Notes: generated by a model not told the origin, from the sequence alone. 63,098 bases of DNA, filler included, from 3 parts of 3 records of this genome joined end to end with filler, not necessarily neighbours in it; one strand, 5' to 3'. Positions 36,782 through 47,975 are shown, counted from the whole stretch's first letter. A program made the numbers and translations.

Positions 36782-37176
36782 GAAGGTGTTGTCGGCCACT
36801 TGACATCGGTGGGGTAGCCTGCCTGGGTGGTGACATCCCTTAATGCCTGCCGGTAGGAGGCCCAATCGGTGGTCTGATAGAACTCATTCCCCTTGAGATA
36901 TCTCCAATCGCTGGAAGACAGCAGGACATCCCGTTGTTCCTTGACGTGAGCCTTGAGAGCATCCAGGTGCCCGTCTTCATCAAATGTAAACGTGATGTTC
37001 CCATCTTCATCAACAGTGGTATTCTGCGGGCCAGCCCATTGTGGATAGTCACCAAACGCCTCAGTGATCTCATCCTCGGTGAGTTCCCGCACCATGTTCG
37101 GATCATCCAGAATTCTTACCGCAGCAATCTCATCATGGGCTCCGACTACAGTAGATCCATATATAAATAGTCTCAT
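36778..37176 (-). CDS. Tail fibre assembly chaperone
   Basis: RDVLLSSSDW...WASYRQALRD...YP..VKWP. Confidence 0.8.
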   Translation of the reverse strand: MRLFIYGSTVVGAHDEIAAVRILDDPNMVRELTEDEITEAFGDYPQWAGPQNTTVDEDGNITFTFDEDGHLDALKAHVKEQRDVLLSSSDWRYLKGNEFYQTTDWASYRQALRDVTTQAGYPTDVKWPTTPS

Positions 37177-37185
37177 TTCTTCTCC

Positions 37186-38448
37186 TTACGTGTATGCGTG
37201 TAGGTTCATATAAACCAAGGTAGCCACTTCAAGTACCACTGAGGTAGCTATTGGGATGAGGGTACATGATGGTGCCGTCGCAGCACTTCGAGAGGAATCC
37301 GCAGCTAAACAGAAATGGCGACTTGGTGAGTAACCACCATGAGAACCACTAACAACCCTGAAGGATGCATGGGCATCGGCATTTGCGGTGGCACTTGCGA
37401 CGATGACCAGGGGGCGGCCAATGGTACATCCAGTGATGGTCACAGTGCCTGTAGCAGAGATCGAGGTGGCAATAGCATAGCCATCATTGTTCAGGCGCTC
37501 CCAGGCGGTCCAGCTACTCCCAGTATACTGCCGGTAAAGTACCCGAACGACATCACCCACCCTGAAAGCCATCTGGCACTTCTTACCCACGGTATGATCT
37601 ACCACGGTGTGTATCAGCCAGTGTGCCCCATAATAGGGTGTATTCGCATGATTCGATAAGATGTAACCTGCCGGGGTAGTGTTAGGATCTGAAGCAGAAC
37701 CTAATGCTGCATTGGTCAGACCCATGAGTTCGGTCGCATGTAAGCCGTCCACCTTGTCAGCATCGAGGCCACTACCGGCCCCATCATTGGTTTTGAGATC
37801 ATTCAGAAGAGTCGCCGCAGCCGTATCAACTATTGACTGGCAGGATGCCTCAAGGGTGGTACAGGACGCTTTACTGGCCGTACAGGACGTTGCACTTGTG
37901 GTACAAGTCCCTCTACTGGTCGTACAGGATGCCTCAAGGGTGGTGCAAGATTCTTTGCTGGCCTGACACCCTGCCAAACTTGTGGCCGCGTCCTTTGCAT
38001 ATCCTTCAGCTTCATCCACAGCACCTTGGTCCACATACGCCTTGTTGGCCGCATCGGTGTCCTCCGTGGGTGTTGCCACGTTAATGATCCGTCGTTCCAG
38101 GGCATCCAGGTTCCCGCTGTTATCATTCACCAGTGCCGTCTTGGCCCACTCCGTCAGCTCCTGCATGACGTAAATGAGCTGGTTACTATCGTAGTCCAGG
38201 ACCCCTTCGGTCAGGATGTTCTCGTTCACAAAGTTCACCACACGCTCCAATGGGGTAACACGATAGACCTTTACGATTTTACCAGAGGCAGGCGCACTGG
38301 ATAGCTTAATGGTGCTATTGGTTAACCATTCAAAGCTGGTGTCCACGTTATCAATAGCCACCTTTATGTTATCCTTATCAAGATAATCAGGGGTGCTAAA
38401 CACTGTGGTCGAGCCGTCCCCCTCCACCTGCTTATAACTATAAGCCAT
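37186..38448 (-). CDS. Tail fibre protein (T7 gp17-like N-terminus)
   Basis: GDGSTTVF...YRVTP...QLIYVMQE; RIINVATP..DTDAANKAYVD; GLDADKVDGLH. Confidence 0.9.
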   Translation of the reverse strand: MAYSYKQVEGDGSTTVFSTPDYLDKDNIKVAIDNVDTSFEWLTNSTIKLSSAPASGKIVKVYRVTPLERVVNFVNENILTEGVLDYDSNQLIYVMQELTEWAKTALVNDNSGNLDALERRIINVATPTEDTDAANKAYVDQGAVDEAEGYAKDAATSLAGCQASKESCTTLEASCTTSRGTCTTSATSCTASKASCTTLEASCQSIVDTAAATLLNDLKTNDGAGSGLDADKVDGLHATELMGLTNAALGSASDPNTTPAGYILSNHANTPYYGAHWLIHTVVDHTVGKKCQMAFRVGDVVRVLYRQYTGSSWTAWERLNNDGYAIATSISATGTVTITGCTIGRPLVIVASATANADAHASFRVVSGSHGGYSPSRHFCLAADSSRSAATAPSCTLIPIATSVVLEVATLVYMNLHAYT

Positions 38449-38449
38449 G

Positions 38450-41400
38450 CTATTCATTCTCCTTTATGATTTTATCAATGTCGTCGTACACTTGGAGCCC
38501 CCGCTTGGCTGCTTCCACCATGCCCGCGTACAGTTGCTCTATTTGTATAGCCTTCTGTTGGGCCAGATCCTTATCTGATAGTCCGTCTGTACCTGGAGGT
38601 AAGTGGTATATCTTACTTATAAGGCTGCCCATTTCCCGGATGGTGTTGTAAGAGGCTTCATTCTTGATCCATCGCTTCTTATCAAGCCGGTCCCGCATGT
38701 CCCCAAACAGGAAATTATTCTTCAGAAAACTAACTGAATTAGATTCGGTGAGGGCCTTTTGGTGTCTCTTCCTAAACTGCTCAATAACTCTGGCACGACC
38801 TGTGGCTTCAGGGTCTCTTGCTATAAAGGATTTGATTACCGGTAGCTCCTGCCAAGAATCCCACCCCCAATCCCCAGTCTTCAGTTGTCCATGACCCGGT
38901 CGCACCTCATTGTCCGTGAGTATTGTGTCAACCAGGCCGGTTACATACTTGCCAGCACCTGCGGTCCACGCCTGAATAAAGTTGTCAATCACAATAGGGC
39001 TGCTATCCCGGCCAAGCTTACCTATGACACCTGAGATTGCACGGGCAGTCTCTGTGGTATTCTGACTGTATTGCAACTCCGGGGCGACATCCTCCAAGTA
39101 ATGGGGAATCAATTGAGTATCTCTGAAAAAGTTGTGGTTCGCTGCTGCCTCAATGAAAGGTTTAAGCGCAGTGATACTCCCTATGAAGTCTTCGGGGCCT
39201 CCCAGACCTCCAGGCACCATCTTGGCAAGTACACTATCCATGTAACCATCCCAAGCGTGGGGATCATCCCGCCTCCAGGAATCCATGGCCCGTTCAATAC
39301 TGCTGCCAAAGATTATCCCAACCTCATGTGGCTTCGGAAGGCGCATCAGGCTGTCACCAACAGGAACGATCCAATAGAGATCACGCTCCCATTGTGGGAC
39401 CTGCTGTACCCGCTCATCATCACCAAAGGCCCAATTGAGTACAATACTGGGTAGCACAACGCCGGTTGTAAGCGCTGTTACTGTCTTGAGTCGTTGGGCT
39501 GGTGTACCTGTTGTCATAACCGTATGTAGCTTATTCAATGATTGAATCCCGGCGTTATGGAACGTCACGATATCATTGATGTAGCGGCCCACATATCCGG
39601 CCCTGGCAAAGTCGAGGGTAATATCCCGGTGTCGGTATGCTGCCTCCAGACCTCCTTGACCATCAGCTCTTGCAGCAAGGTACTCACCGATACGGGCCGC
39701 ACCTTCGGTTAAATCACTGACGTTATCCTTCAACTTGTTGAGCGTCTCGATACTCAACTTGTTCTTGACTGGGCGTTTGCTTAACTCATTGTAGATATCC
39801 CGGTTCAGGTGGGGACTTGTTCCATCACGATGTTGTCCCATGACCTGCCCACCATTCCTCAACATCTCTTTGTAGGACTCAGATTTACCTTTGGTGAGCA
39901 GTTTGCTGGCACCTTCGGCCCAACTGAATAGGTGTCCATTTGTGGATTTACTAAATGCAAAGCTGGCGGTGACATCCCTCAAAAGGTTGGCTACCATGAA
40001 GTCCGGGGTCGTTGTGGCCCCAAACCTCAAGATATCAGATGGTTTCTTCAGGATGGTCCATACCAACTTGGCCGCAGGATTGTCCGTATTGATGAGCTTA
40101 TGGCCCCGACCTGTCAGATTCTGGAAGGATGTCGCCATATCCTTGGGTACTTCATAACCCACCCGCTGGCCGTTTTCGTATCCATAGATCACAGCCGTCT
40201 TGGAGCCTTTCATTTTAACGGTCTCCATCATGTCAAACGCCGTGACATCATCCCGATCAATCCCAAGCTTGCTGGCGACCTGTTCAATAGTCTGATCCTT
40301 CTTGGAGAGAGGAATTTTCTTGATGAATTTACCATTATCATCCCAGGCGCTCAGGTGTTGCAGGACAGTATTATGCTCGATCCCTCTGAGGTTCTTGCGG
40401 ATTGACTCAATGTAAACTTCAAAGGGATTACGGATTGGCCGGTCTGATCCTCCGAACAGCTTGGGCTTGGTGGAGCCGTCACCACCTATTTCAGAAATGC
40501 TGTCCATCAGGCGTTGGAACGGGACGTATGACTCATTGTCTCTCATGATCCTTGTCATGTCGTCCTCACTCAGGATACCAGCATCCTTGAGCTGCTTGAG
40601 CATTGACCTGTTGAAATCCATGAAGTCCTTTTCATGCTGGGCATACTTGGACTCCATCTCCCTGACAGTCTTGGCATTATCAAACTGCTTCATGCCGGTA
40701 TGCTTGTTGTTATCACGCTTATGCTGGACCTTCTTGTACTCCTTCGTGAGGCTCTTGATCTTGTCCTCAATCCGTACCAGATCCTTGTGATCCTTCCGGG
40801 TCAGCTCATTGATGATCGGCTTACCATCGGCGTCGAACTCCAGGATATCCCGGTAATGAGCAGCTTGTTTCTTGAGATCACGCATCTCAATACGATGATC
40901 CCGTCGCTGCTTACTGAACTGCTGTTCCTTCTCAATGGACCTCCGGCTTACCATCCATTTGGCGAATCCCTGTAGACTGGTCCCAGCATCCTTGTTCTCT
41001 ACATCCTGGAGGATCTTGAGGATACCTTTTGAGTCATCAGTCTTACCGGTCAGGACATCCCAACCACCATGTTCCAAGAGGTGTTCATACTTCCCGGCCC
41101 AGCCCCTGGCGAGAGCAGCACGTTTATAAGGATTCATCCACGCTGCAGCTCTATCCCAGGCATCCTTAGATCCGGCCATCTGGTTAAAGGCCCGTTTGAT
41201 AGGCCCCAGGTCATCTACCATGGCGTCGGCCACACCGTTCTTAAGGCTTTTGGCATCATCCTTCAGGGTTCTTGTGGGCTGTGACCCATCATCCACCTTG
41301 CTCATAATGTCTGAGCCATCCATGTGCATCAGGGAGTCAGGGATAGTCATCTTGGTATCCATGAGCTGGTTCAGCATGTGAGGATCGTTCTGTGCCAACT

Positions 41401-42271
41401 TGCTGATCACCTGGGGCTCCACACCTGTCTTGGCATAGATGTGGGCCAACTTGGCCTCCATATGCTCCTTGGCCTGGAGTTTCTTATTAAAGTGTGCATC
41501 CTGGGCTTTACCGGTAATATGACCCACTGATTTGCCGGCGATCATACTGATGGCTGATGTCTTAAAGTCGGATGCTGAAGGTAACTGTCCATGCTGGATC
41601 AAGCCCTGGGTCGTGGACATAGCGGCCAGTTCAAAGGGACTACTGAGCCATGAGGCTACCTTCTTGCCATAGATGGGCGCGGTCTTCCCTACGATTGTGC
41701 CGCCGACCTTACCACCAACCACGCCACCCGCAGCGCCACCCGCTGTTGCCTTGAGTGTACTCATGAACCGGCCTGTCAGATCATTGGGATCAACATTACC
41801 GGCACCATATTGATCCATGAGCCATTGTCTGAAACCACTGGAAAGACCAGCACTGGTTGCTACACCACCGATCCCTCCGCCCCAAATCGCCCCAGGTATT
41901 GCAGCCAAGATATCAATTGGTAGATCAATGAAGGCCTGGGACACCTCCTTAATGAACTGGTGGCGACCTTTCATATCTGGGTCATGCTCGTAGGTTGGAC
42001 TATAAGATAACATCCTGGTGGTTGAGTCTTGCCACCCGCCCTTGATGGCCTCACCCCAGGCTTCCATCTCCTGACCAAACGTAGCCATAAGACCATCATC
42101 CGCCACGGGAGTGTCATCATCCATAGGTACACCCTTTGTGTTGATTGGTCCCTCCATGTCGGCCAGTTTATCCTCATCAGATGGTTCCCCTATATGCTCC
42201 CAACCTGTAGAAATAGGTTTTGGTTCGGGCGAGGTTTCTACTGCTGGCGTACCTATCTGGTCCCAATCCAT
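38450..42271 (-). CDS. Internal virion protein D-like (LPD38-type C-terminal domain)
   Basis: 1273 aa in gp16 position; RDITLDFARAG, RLPKPHEVG, IEAAANHNFFRD. Confidence 0.8.
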   Translation of the reverse strand: MDWDQIGTPAVETSPEPKPISTGWEHIGEPSDEDKLADMEGPINTKGVPMDDDTPVADDGLMATFGQEMEAWGEAIKGGWQDSTTRMLSYSPTYEHDPDMKGRHQFIKEVSQAFIDLPIDILAAIPGAIWGGGIGGVATSAGLSSGFRQWLMDQYGAGNVDPNDLTGRFMSTLKATAGGAAGGVVGGKVGGTIVGKTAPIYGKKVASWLSSPFELAAMSTTQGLIQHGQLPSASDFKTSAISMIAGKSVGHITGKAQDAHFNKKLQAKEHMEAKLAHIYAKTGVEPQVISKLAQNDPHMLNQLMDTKMTIPDSLMHMDGSDIMSKVDDGSQPTRTLKDDAKSLKNGVADAMVDDLGPIKRAFNQMAGSKDAWDRAAAWMNPYKRAALARGWAGKYEHLLEHGGWDVLTGKTDDSKGILKILQDVENKDAGTSLQGFAKWMVSRRSIEKEQQFSKQRRDHRIEMRDLKKQAAHYRDILEFDADGKPIINELTRKDHKDLVRIEDKIKSLTKEYKKVQHKRDNNKHTGMKQFDNAKTVREMESKYAQHEKDFMDFNRSMLKQLKDAGILSEDDMTRIMRDNESYVPFQRLMDSISEIGGDGSTKPKLFGGSDRPIRNPFEVYIESIRKNLRGIEHNTVLQHLSAWDDNGKFIKKIPLSKKDQTIEQVASKLGIDRDDVTAFDMMETVKMKGSKTAVIYGYENGQRVGYEVPKDMATSFQNLTGRGHKLINTDNPAAKLVWTILKKPSDILRFGATTTPDFMVANLLRDVTASFAFSKSTNGHLFSWAEGASKLLTKGKSESYKEMLRNGGQVMGQHRDGTSPHLNRDIYNELSKRPVKNKLSIETLNKLKDNVSDLTEGAARIGEYLAARADGQGGLEAAYRHRDITLDFARAGYVGRYINDIVTFHNAGIQSLNKLHTVMTTGTPAQRLKTVTALTTGVVLPSIVLNWAFGDDERVQQVPQWERDLYWIVPVGDSLMRLPKPHEVGIIFGSSIERAMDSWRRDDPHAWDGYMDSVLAKMVPGGLGGPEDFIGSITALKPFIEAAANHNFFRDTQLIPHYLEDVAPELQYSQNTTETARAISGVIGKLGRDSSPIVIDNFIQAWTAGAGKYVTGLVDTILTDNEVRPGHGQLKTGDWGWDSWQELPVIKSFIARDPEATGRARVIEQFRKRHQKALTESNSVSFLKNNFLFGDMRDRLDKKRWIKNEASYNTIREMGSLISKIYHLPPGTDGLSDKDLAQQKAIQIEQLYAGMVEAAKRGLQVYDDIDKIIKENE

Positions 42272-42280
42272 ATATCCTCC

Positions 42281-44146
42281 TTAGTTATGCTTCTTGATAT
42301 ACTGTGTTATTATGAAATCGCGCTGTTTAGCATCGGTGAGTGCGGTCTTGACACCAGCGTCGGTGATGCCTGGTCTCATTCCCCGGATGTATTCACTCAA
42401 AAGATCCACTGAGATGGGGACCTGGGTGTAAGTCCTGAAGCCTCTATCAAGATCATCTTTCCATGCATCCGGCTTATCCTTAGCCCATCTTGATTTCCTC
42501 TTCTTGCTGACACCTACCCGGCCAAGCAACTCTTGAATTGAGTCCTGCAGGGTGGGCTGATTATCTTTGATCTCCTCAAAGAGCCAATGGCCCTCCTTAT
42601 CAACCCCCTCTTCAAGTTCGGTCCAGTTGATCTGCTCACCGGCATCCTGCATCTTCTGGATACGTTCATTGAATGCAAGGCGAGTTGCCAGAGCGCCCCT
42701 TTGATTAGGCACTGTGAACCCTTTGTCCGGCGAATAGTCATACCGCCCGTTGATCTGTTCGATCACCCGACAGTAGCTCTTCTTGGCAGGCGACTGGAGG
42801 ATATTCCAGGAAGTATTCATCAGCTTCAAGGTGTCAAAATCAATGGGTATACCCTGGGATTCCATCGTAGCGATGGCATCATTCATGTCCATCAATGGGT
42901 TATCCTTCATGTCCATCAAGAGATGTACAACTGCCGATTCACTGGCCGCATCATTAGCTGGCTTGTCACCGGCTGCTGCCCTTTTGACATCACTTTCGAT
43001 GGTACGCTGCAGTGCGACAAGGGTGATCGGGTCGGCTTCAGGGTGATTGAGCAGCTCGTCCATGGCCCCTTTGTAATTCTTCTTGAGGATCATGGAGCTA
43101 ATCTGCTTGACCACATTCTCAGTGACTTGGGCCTTCTGTTGTTTGACCATCTGTACTGACGTCTGATAATCACTTAGGTGAGTATTCATGACGGTGTTCC
43201 GCTGGGCCAGAGTAATGTTGCCAGCCTCCACTTCTGAATCCAGGTGTGCCCCAATCTGCTTAAGATCCGGTGCCCCGGTCGATGTCTTCATACCTTTGGT
43301 ATCCAGATAGGTCTGCCCGGATACTCCAGCGCTGGCTTTCTTCTTGAGGTATTCCAGATCGTTCATGATCGCTGGGTTCAACTCAGTGTCCTTGAGCCGC
43401 TGGCCTTTATCCTCGGGCCTTACACTGGGCCTGTTCACCAGATCCTTCATCAGCTCGTAGGCTTTCTTGGCGTCCCTCCCTTCACAACCCTTTGCCCAGT
43501 TGGAGATTGACTCATAGGCCTTTGCCTCGGTCACCTTCGGGTCACTGAAGTAGTCAGCACCCATTGTCTTCTCCTGGGCCAGATGGTTCATCAACCCGTC
43601 AACCGTGGCTCCTTCGGCAAGTAGGCCATCGGTGCGCTGCTTGGTTCCGCTGCTCCATGTATCGGCGAGTTTCCCCCGTTGAGCCTGGTGCCTCTTTGCC
43701 AGGGTCCGGTCTTCGGCGTCGAGCCCTCCGGCTGCAACGAGCCCGTTGAGGAAGGATGGCGTCTTACCTTTGAAGTATTTCCTCTTAAATTGCCCCATCT
43801 TGAGATCGTACTGCTCATCAGGGAGGTCATTGTACTTCGCGGATTCGGCGTCCATGTCGGTCTTGAACTGGATCACTGTGGCCCGGCCATTCATATGCTC
43901 AAGGTTTCGGTCGTATTTGTTCTCTGATCTCGGGGATAGGACCCCAGCAAGCCCCATGCTCTCCTGGAGGGCCTGTTGTTTAGCCTTATGATCCTGCACA
44001 TTTTGGATACTACCCAGGGTGCTAATAATCCCCTGGGCAGTCCGGGTGTAATCAACCTTGGAGGATCTCACATAGACATCCTTGGCTGATTTTTGAAACT
44101 TATCTTCGGTTACCTGAACATCATCAGCTCCGTAACGTCCTGCCAT
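42281..44146 (-). CDS. Internal virion protein C-like
   Basis: Helical 621-aa ORF in gp15 position. Confidence 0.65.
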   Translation of the reverse strand: MAGRYGADDVQVTEDKFQKSAKDVYVRSSKVDYTRTAQGIISTLGSIQNVQDHKAKQQALQESMGLAGVLSPRSENKYDRNLEHMNGRATVIQFKTDMDAESAKYNDLPDEQYDLKMGQFKRKYFKGKTPSFLNGLVAAGGLDAEDRTLAKRHQAQRGKLADTWSSGTKQRTDGLLAEGATVDGLMNHLAQEKTMGADYFSDPKVTEAKAYESISNWAKGCEGRDAKKAYELMKDLVNRPSVRPEDKGQRLKDTELNPAIMNDLEYLKKKASAGVSGQTYLDTKGMKTSTGAPDLKQIGAHLDSEVEAGNITLAQRNTVMNTHLSDYQTSVQMVKQQKAQVTENVVKQISSMILKKNYKGAMDELLNHPEADPITLVALQRTIESDVKRAAAGDKPANDAASESAVVHLLMDMKDNPLMDMNDAIATMESQGIPIDFDTLKLMNTSWNILQSPAKKSYCRVIEQINGRYDYSPDKGFTVPNQRGALATRLAFNERIQKMQDAGEQINWTELEEGVDKEGHWLFEEIKDNQPTLQDSIQELLGRVGVSKKRKSRWAKDKPDAWKDDLDRGFRTYTQVPISVDLLSEYIRGMRPGITDAGVKTALTDAKQRDFIITQYIKKHN

Positions 44147-44154
44147 AATTGCTC

Positions 44155-44631
44155 CTATTCAGTACCGGTTTTGGTTTCACCATCTTCATATGCTCCAGCT
44201 CCGGCAGCAGCGGCACCTGCTAATCCACCATAGAGAGTACCTTGGGCAGCGGCCATTTGTGATGCATAGGAAGCAGAGTTAGCGGCTGATTGATTCTCAA
44301 CCATGGCGTTGGCTCCAGCGCGTGTGGATTCAATGATCCCTTCATCATGCTGACCCTGGATCTCAAGGGTGGCATACTGCCTCAGCGTACTGTTCCCACC
44401 TACGCCTGCATCTGCGGCTCCAACTTCGGCTGCGGCCTTTTGCCTCTGAGTGTCCTGCTGATTCTTGAGTTTATCGAGTGCAGCCTGCTTGTTGTTCTGC
44501 TGGATCTGAAGCTTTGCTGCGGCATTCTGGACGTCCAGGGCATCATCGGCGCTCTTCTTTTGCTGGACGGCTGTTGCGGCACTACCGGCCACACTGATTA
44601 CGGCCATAGCGATAGCTGCCGGGTTACACAT
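44155..44631 (-). CDS. Internal virion protein B (gp14-like)
   Basis: MCNP start, Ala/Gln-rich, AGVGGNS. Confidence 0.8.
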   Translation of the reverse strand: MCNPAAIAMAVISVAGSAATAVQQKKSADDALDVQNAAAKLQIQQNNKQAALDKLKNQQDTQRQKAAAEVGAADAGVGGNSTLRQYATLEIQGQHDEGIIESTRAGANAMVENQSAANSASYASQMAAAQGTLYGGLAGAAAAGAGAYEDGETKTGTE

Positions 44632-45097
44632 CAGCCAGCCTCTTATGAAAAGCCTGGAAGGTCACCCCACTAAGCTTGAAGGGGACGTCTATAAACTTAA
44701 AGCCAAGCCTCTCGATCCATCCTACTGATGGGTTATTTTCGATGGACATGATGTTGCCCAGGCCGTAGGGATACTCGATAAGCCATTGGTCAATAAACCC
44801 CTTGGCTGTTACATTGAGTTCATCCATGGCCTCATAAGTGGCTGGTGTACCAAAGGCCCAGATCACGCCGAATTCTTCGTGGACACTATGGGGTGTGCAT
44901 CCGAAAAGCCCTTCAATCTGCCCATCAATTTCGATCACATAGCAGACATCCGACTCAAGAGCCTCTTCAATGATCTCCGGCATGTCCACTGCGGGTCTGA
45001 TCGCCATGAGTTCCTTGATATCATTGGCTCTGAGCTTCATGCTCCTGGCTTCCTCCAGATCAGCATATGTAAACTCTCTTGTAATTACTGTTGTCAT
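44624..45097 (-). CDS. gp13-like protein (GNAT-like fold)
   Basis: LRANDIKEL, GLFG, N...W..RLGF. Confidence 0.75.
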   Translation of the reverse strand: MTTVITREFTYADLEEARSMKLRANDIKELMAIRPAVDMPEIIEEALESDVCYVIEIDGQIEGLFGCTPHSVHEEFGVIWAFGTPATYEAMDELNVTAKGFIDQWLIEYPYGLGNIMSIENNPSVGWIERLGFKFIDVPFKLSGVTFQAFHKRLADV

Positions 45098-47406
45098 AAT
45101 GCTTGTCCTTTCTGAGTCAACAGGCCTTCATAACTCACTGCTGCAATCTGCACCGGTAAGTAGCTATCACTGCTGATCTTTATGGATGTGGTTGTGTTGC
45201 GGCCCCTAACGCCCACCTTCTCGTTGCCATCAAAAAGTTGGGTCTTGCCGTAGGCCATCTTGCCGATAACGTTGTTGGTACACTCAGATTCCCTGGCATC
45301 ACGGCCTTCGTTCTGGACCACCACCTTGAAGTACCCACTCTTAGCGTATTGGATTGTTACACTGCGGACCTGCAGCCGGTTATTGATGAGTGCTGTGCCC
45401 TTCTGATTCTTGATGTACCAGGGACTTAGGGTAGTCCAGGCGTCGTACTTGAGGCCCACCATGTAGTTACCGGTGCCTTTCACTCCTGACAGGGTAATGG
45501 TCTTGTCGTTATTGGCCTTATAGTTGAGGATAGCCCGGCCATACGTCGCGTCGATCACGATGATATTATCGCTGGTCACAGCATAAGGTAAGGTAAGGGT
45601 AGCCGTTCCGGCATCGCTGTTGTAATTGGTGCTGGTGGCCTGGACAAGCTGATCTATCCGCACATTCCAATCAAAGTCACCATCGGATATACAGCCGGGA
45701 CTTAGGGTCACCATCCCCAGGCCGGTCTCAATGATTTGGATGAGGACAATGTTGCCGTCAATGTATGCCATCGTCGCGATATCATTCTCAAAGGTCCACT
45801 GACTAAATGCCGACTGCGCCTTGACATCATCAATGGTCTGGGATCTGTAGACCCACAAGCTGTTTGGCGTGGCATCGCTGTGCATGATGATCATACTGTT
45901 CGTAGGCAAGGCCAACATCTGGATAAAACCGTCAGGTATGAGCCTTGGACAATGGGAGCTAACATTGGCTGCAGCCTCCATTACATCATTGAGGATGCCC
46001 TCGTACTCCATTAGATCCACATAATTGTTCTTGGGACTGAGAAAGAAACAGGAGGCTCCACATGTCGCTGTCTGGGAATCCTCTGTGGTTTCATAGGTGG
46101 TGCCGGGGTCGATCTGAATTGTTTTAGGCGTCAGGGCGTCATCATTTGAATGCACCGTGAACTGCTCCCGATCACTGTAGAGTATGAGCTTACGGCCCAG
46201 GATGTCAGTCTTATGGAGATTCGTGACCTGCCGTGTATTAGCACTCTCATCAATGGGATCATTGTCGAGAACCGAAAGGCTGGACAGGCTGAACAACTCA
46301 AAGTAATCACCTGGCTTGCTCATCACAAAAGTCGTGGCCGTCATGAAGCACAGGCGGTTCCGGTAAAAGAACATATGCTTGATGGAGTCATCAATGAAGC
46401 TGGGCAAAGGGTTCGTATCATCAGATCCGCACTGCCGTTCACCCCACGATAACGGTGTGAATACGAAAGTCCCATTACTGGCCCGAACGAGGGCATGTGG
46501 CATCGTGTCTGCGTTGATCTTATAAGTGGACCCTGGTTTACAGCATTCGGTCCACACTTCGTCCACGGTATAGATGACCCAATATTCATCGTTATCGGCT
46601 TTATCTGGATCTCCCTCAATATGGACGATATCACCGAGCGATGGCTTATAGTCCTTATCCTGTACGGCATCCTCAAGGGTACTGAAACTCTGATATCTGG
46701 AGGTTACACCGCCCGGCGTGGTTGTTACTGTGGTTATTGTCAGATCGTACCTATATGTCGTGACCCCCTCCACAGTATTTGTAGACCGGAAGACCAATGT
46801 GCTTGTTATGACTACACGAGTGCCATCGGTTTTCGTGGTATCGCTAATAAGCTTATCGGTATATACAGGCTGCTCCGCGCCGTATTCCTTAAGAGTGGTC
46901 TCTGTTGAGGTGTAGGCCCCTGAACCACTGGTGGTATCACTGGCCATAGCGGGGCTTATGTCCGACCGGCTGATAAACGTGTAGTCGGCAACCGTCAGAG
47001 CATTAAAGAGGATATTGGGGTTTTGGGGTTGATTGATCAGATACTGGGTGCGCACGGCTGCATCCTCGACATAGCTGTTGTCCACGAAGTTCATCCGACC
47101 GTACACCACGTTCTGCTTCACGCCCGCTTTATCCCATACGGTAATGTAGCCTTGCGACCCAATCATGTAGATATAGGACTCATTGGCATCACGGTTGATA
47201 GAGCCCCAGTAGGCACCAGCAGTATCCACATTGTCGAGCATCTTGGCAACCCACCTTGTTCCCGGCCTTTTGTACAGCCCATCGACAATCGTGGCGTCAA
47301 AGTTCATCTGCTCCGAATGTTGGGTTTCAAGGCGCATGGTTTCTGCCTGCTGGCTTTGACCATTGTAGAGGCCACCCAGGGTCCTGGTCACCAGGCGGCT
47401 ACTCAT
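45094..47406 (-). CDS. Tail tubular protein B (gp12-like)
   Basis: GQSQQ, GLYKRPG, TMPHALVR, NPLPSF, FFYRNRL, QSAFSQW. Confidence 0.95.
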   Translation of the reverse strand: MSSRLVTRTLGGLYNGQSQQAETMRLETQHSEQMNFDATIVDGLYKRPGTRWVAKMLDNVDTAGAYWGSINRDANESYIYMIGSQGYITVWDKAGVKQNVVYGRMNFVDNSYVEDAAVRTQYLINQPQNPNILFNALTVADYTFISRSDISPAMASDTTSGSGAYTSTETTLKEYGAEQPVYTDKLISDTTKTDGTRVVITSTLVFRSTNTVEGVTTYRYDLTITTVTTTPGGVTSRYQSFSTLEDAVQDKDYKPSLGDIVHIEGDPDKADNDEYWVIYTVDEVWTECCKPGSTYKINADTMPHALVRASNGTFVFTPLSWGERQCGSDDTNPLPSFIDDSIKHMFFYRNRLCFMTATTFVMSKPGDYFELFSLSSLSVLDNDPIDESANTRQVTNLHKTDILGRKLILYSDREQFTVHSNDDALTPKTIQIDPGTTYETTEDSQTATCGASCFFLSPKNNYVDLMEYEGILNDVMEAAANVSSHCPRLIPDGFIQMLALPTNSMIIMHSDATPNSLWVYRSQTIDDVKAQSAFSQWTFENDIATMAYIDGNIVLIQIIETGLGMVTLSPGCISDGDFDWNVRIDQLVQATSTNYNSDAGTATLTLPYAVTSDNIIVIDATYGRAILNYKANNDKTITLSGVKGTGNYMVGLKYDAWTTLSPWYIKNQKGTALINNRLQVRSVTIQYAKSGYFKVVVQNEGRDARESECTNNVIGKMAYGKTQLFDGNEKVGVRGRNTTTSIKISSDSYLPVQIAAVSYEGLLTQKGQAL

Positions 47407-47975
47407 GGGCGTCTCCTTCTTGCTCTCATTACATCGGCAGCATCCAGGAAGTTGTAATCACCGGCGTTGATCTCCCGGCTGACCATTGTGGCATAGGCCT
47501 GCTTCTCATCGTCCAGCGTCAGCTTCTCTGTGGTGTCGGACCCCAGGACCATACTCTGGAATTTCCTTGCGTTTTTGATGGCAATGTAAGACCGGGCGTA
47601 ACTGGGCAATTCGTCGAAGTCCAGCATCAACACAATCTCGGCATACATTGTGCCTGAGAACTTATAGGTATGATCCCGGCGGTTATAGAGGAAGAGCCCG
47701 CGCTGAACCAAATGGTTCTCCACCGGGTCCACGAATAATGTGTTGGAGGGGATCTCGATCTTACCGGTGGATGAGTTAACCAGGAGAGGGTAATTGTACT
47801 CCTTATTGAAGGTCCACCCACGCTCCTGGACAGCTCTCGACTCAGATGTGAGCATACGGTATGCGGTTGCAGCGTCTGTGGCACCGGTCGTATCAAGTGT
47901 GTTTATCGGTTCTTCACCTATGATATCCAGGCAAAGGTTAACAGCACCCAGCTCGGTCATTAAGATTGTATCCAT
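47403..47975 (-). CDS. Tail tubular protein A (gp11-like)
   Basis: TELGAVNLCL..IGEEPI, VQERGWTFN, FDELP. Confidence 0.95.
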   Translation of the reverse strand: MDTILMTELGAVNLCLDIIGEEPINTLDTTGATDAATAYRMLTSESRAVQERGWTFNKEYNYPLLVNSSTGKIEIPSNTLFVDPVENHLVQRGLFLYNRRDHTYKFSGTMYAEIVLMLDFDELPSYARSYIAIKNARKFQSMVLGSDTTEKLTLDDEKQAYATMVSREINAGDYNFLDAADVMRARRRRP

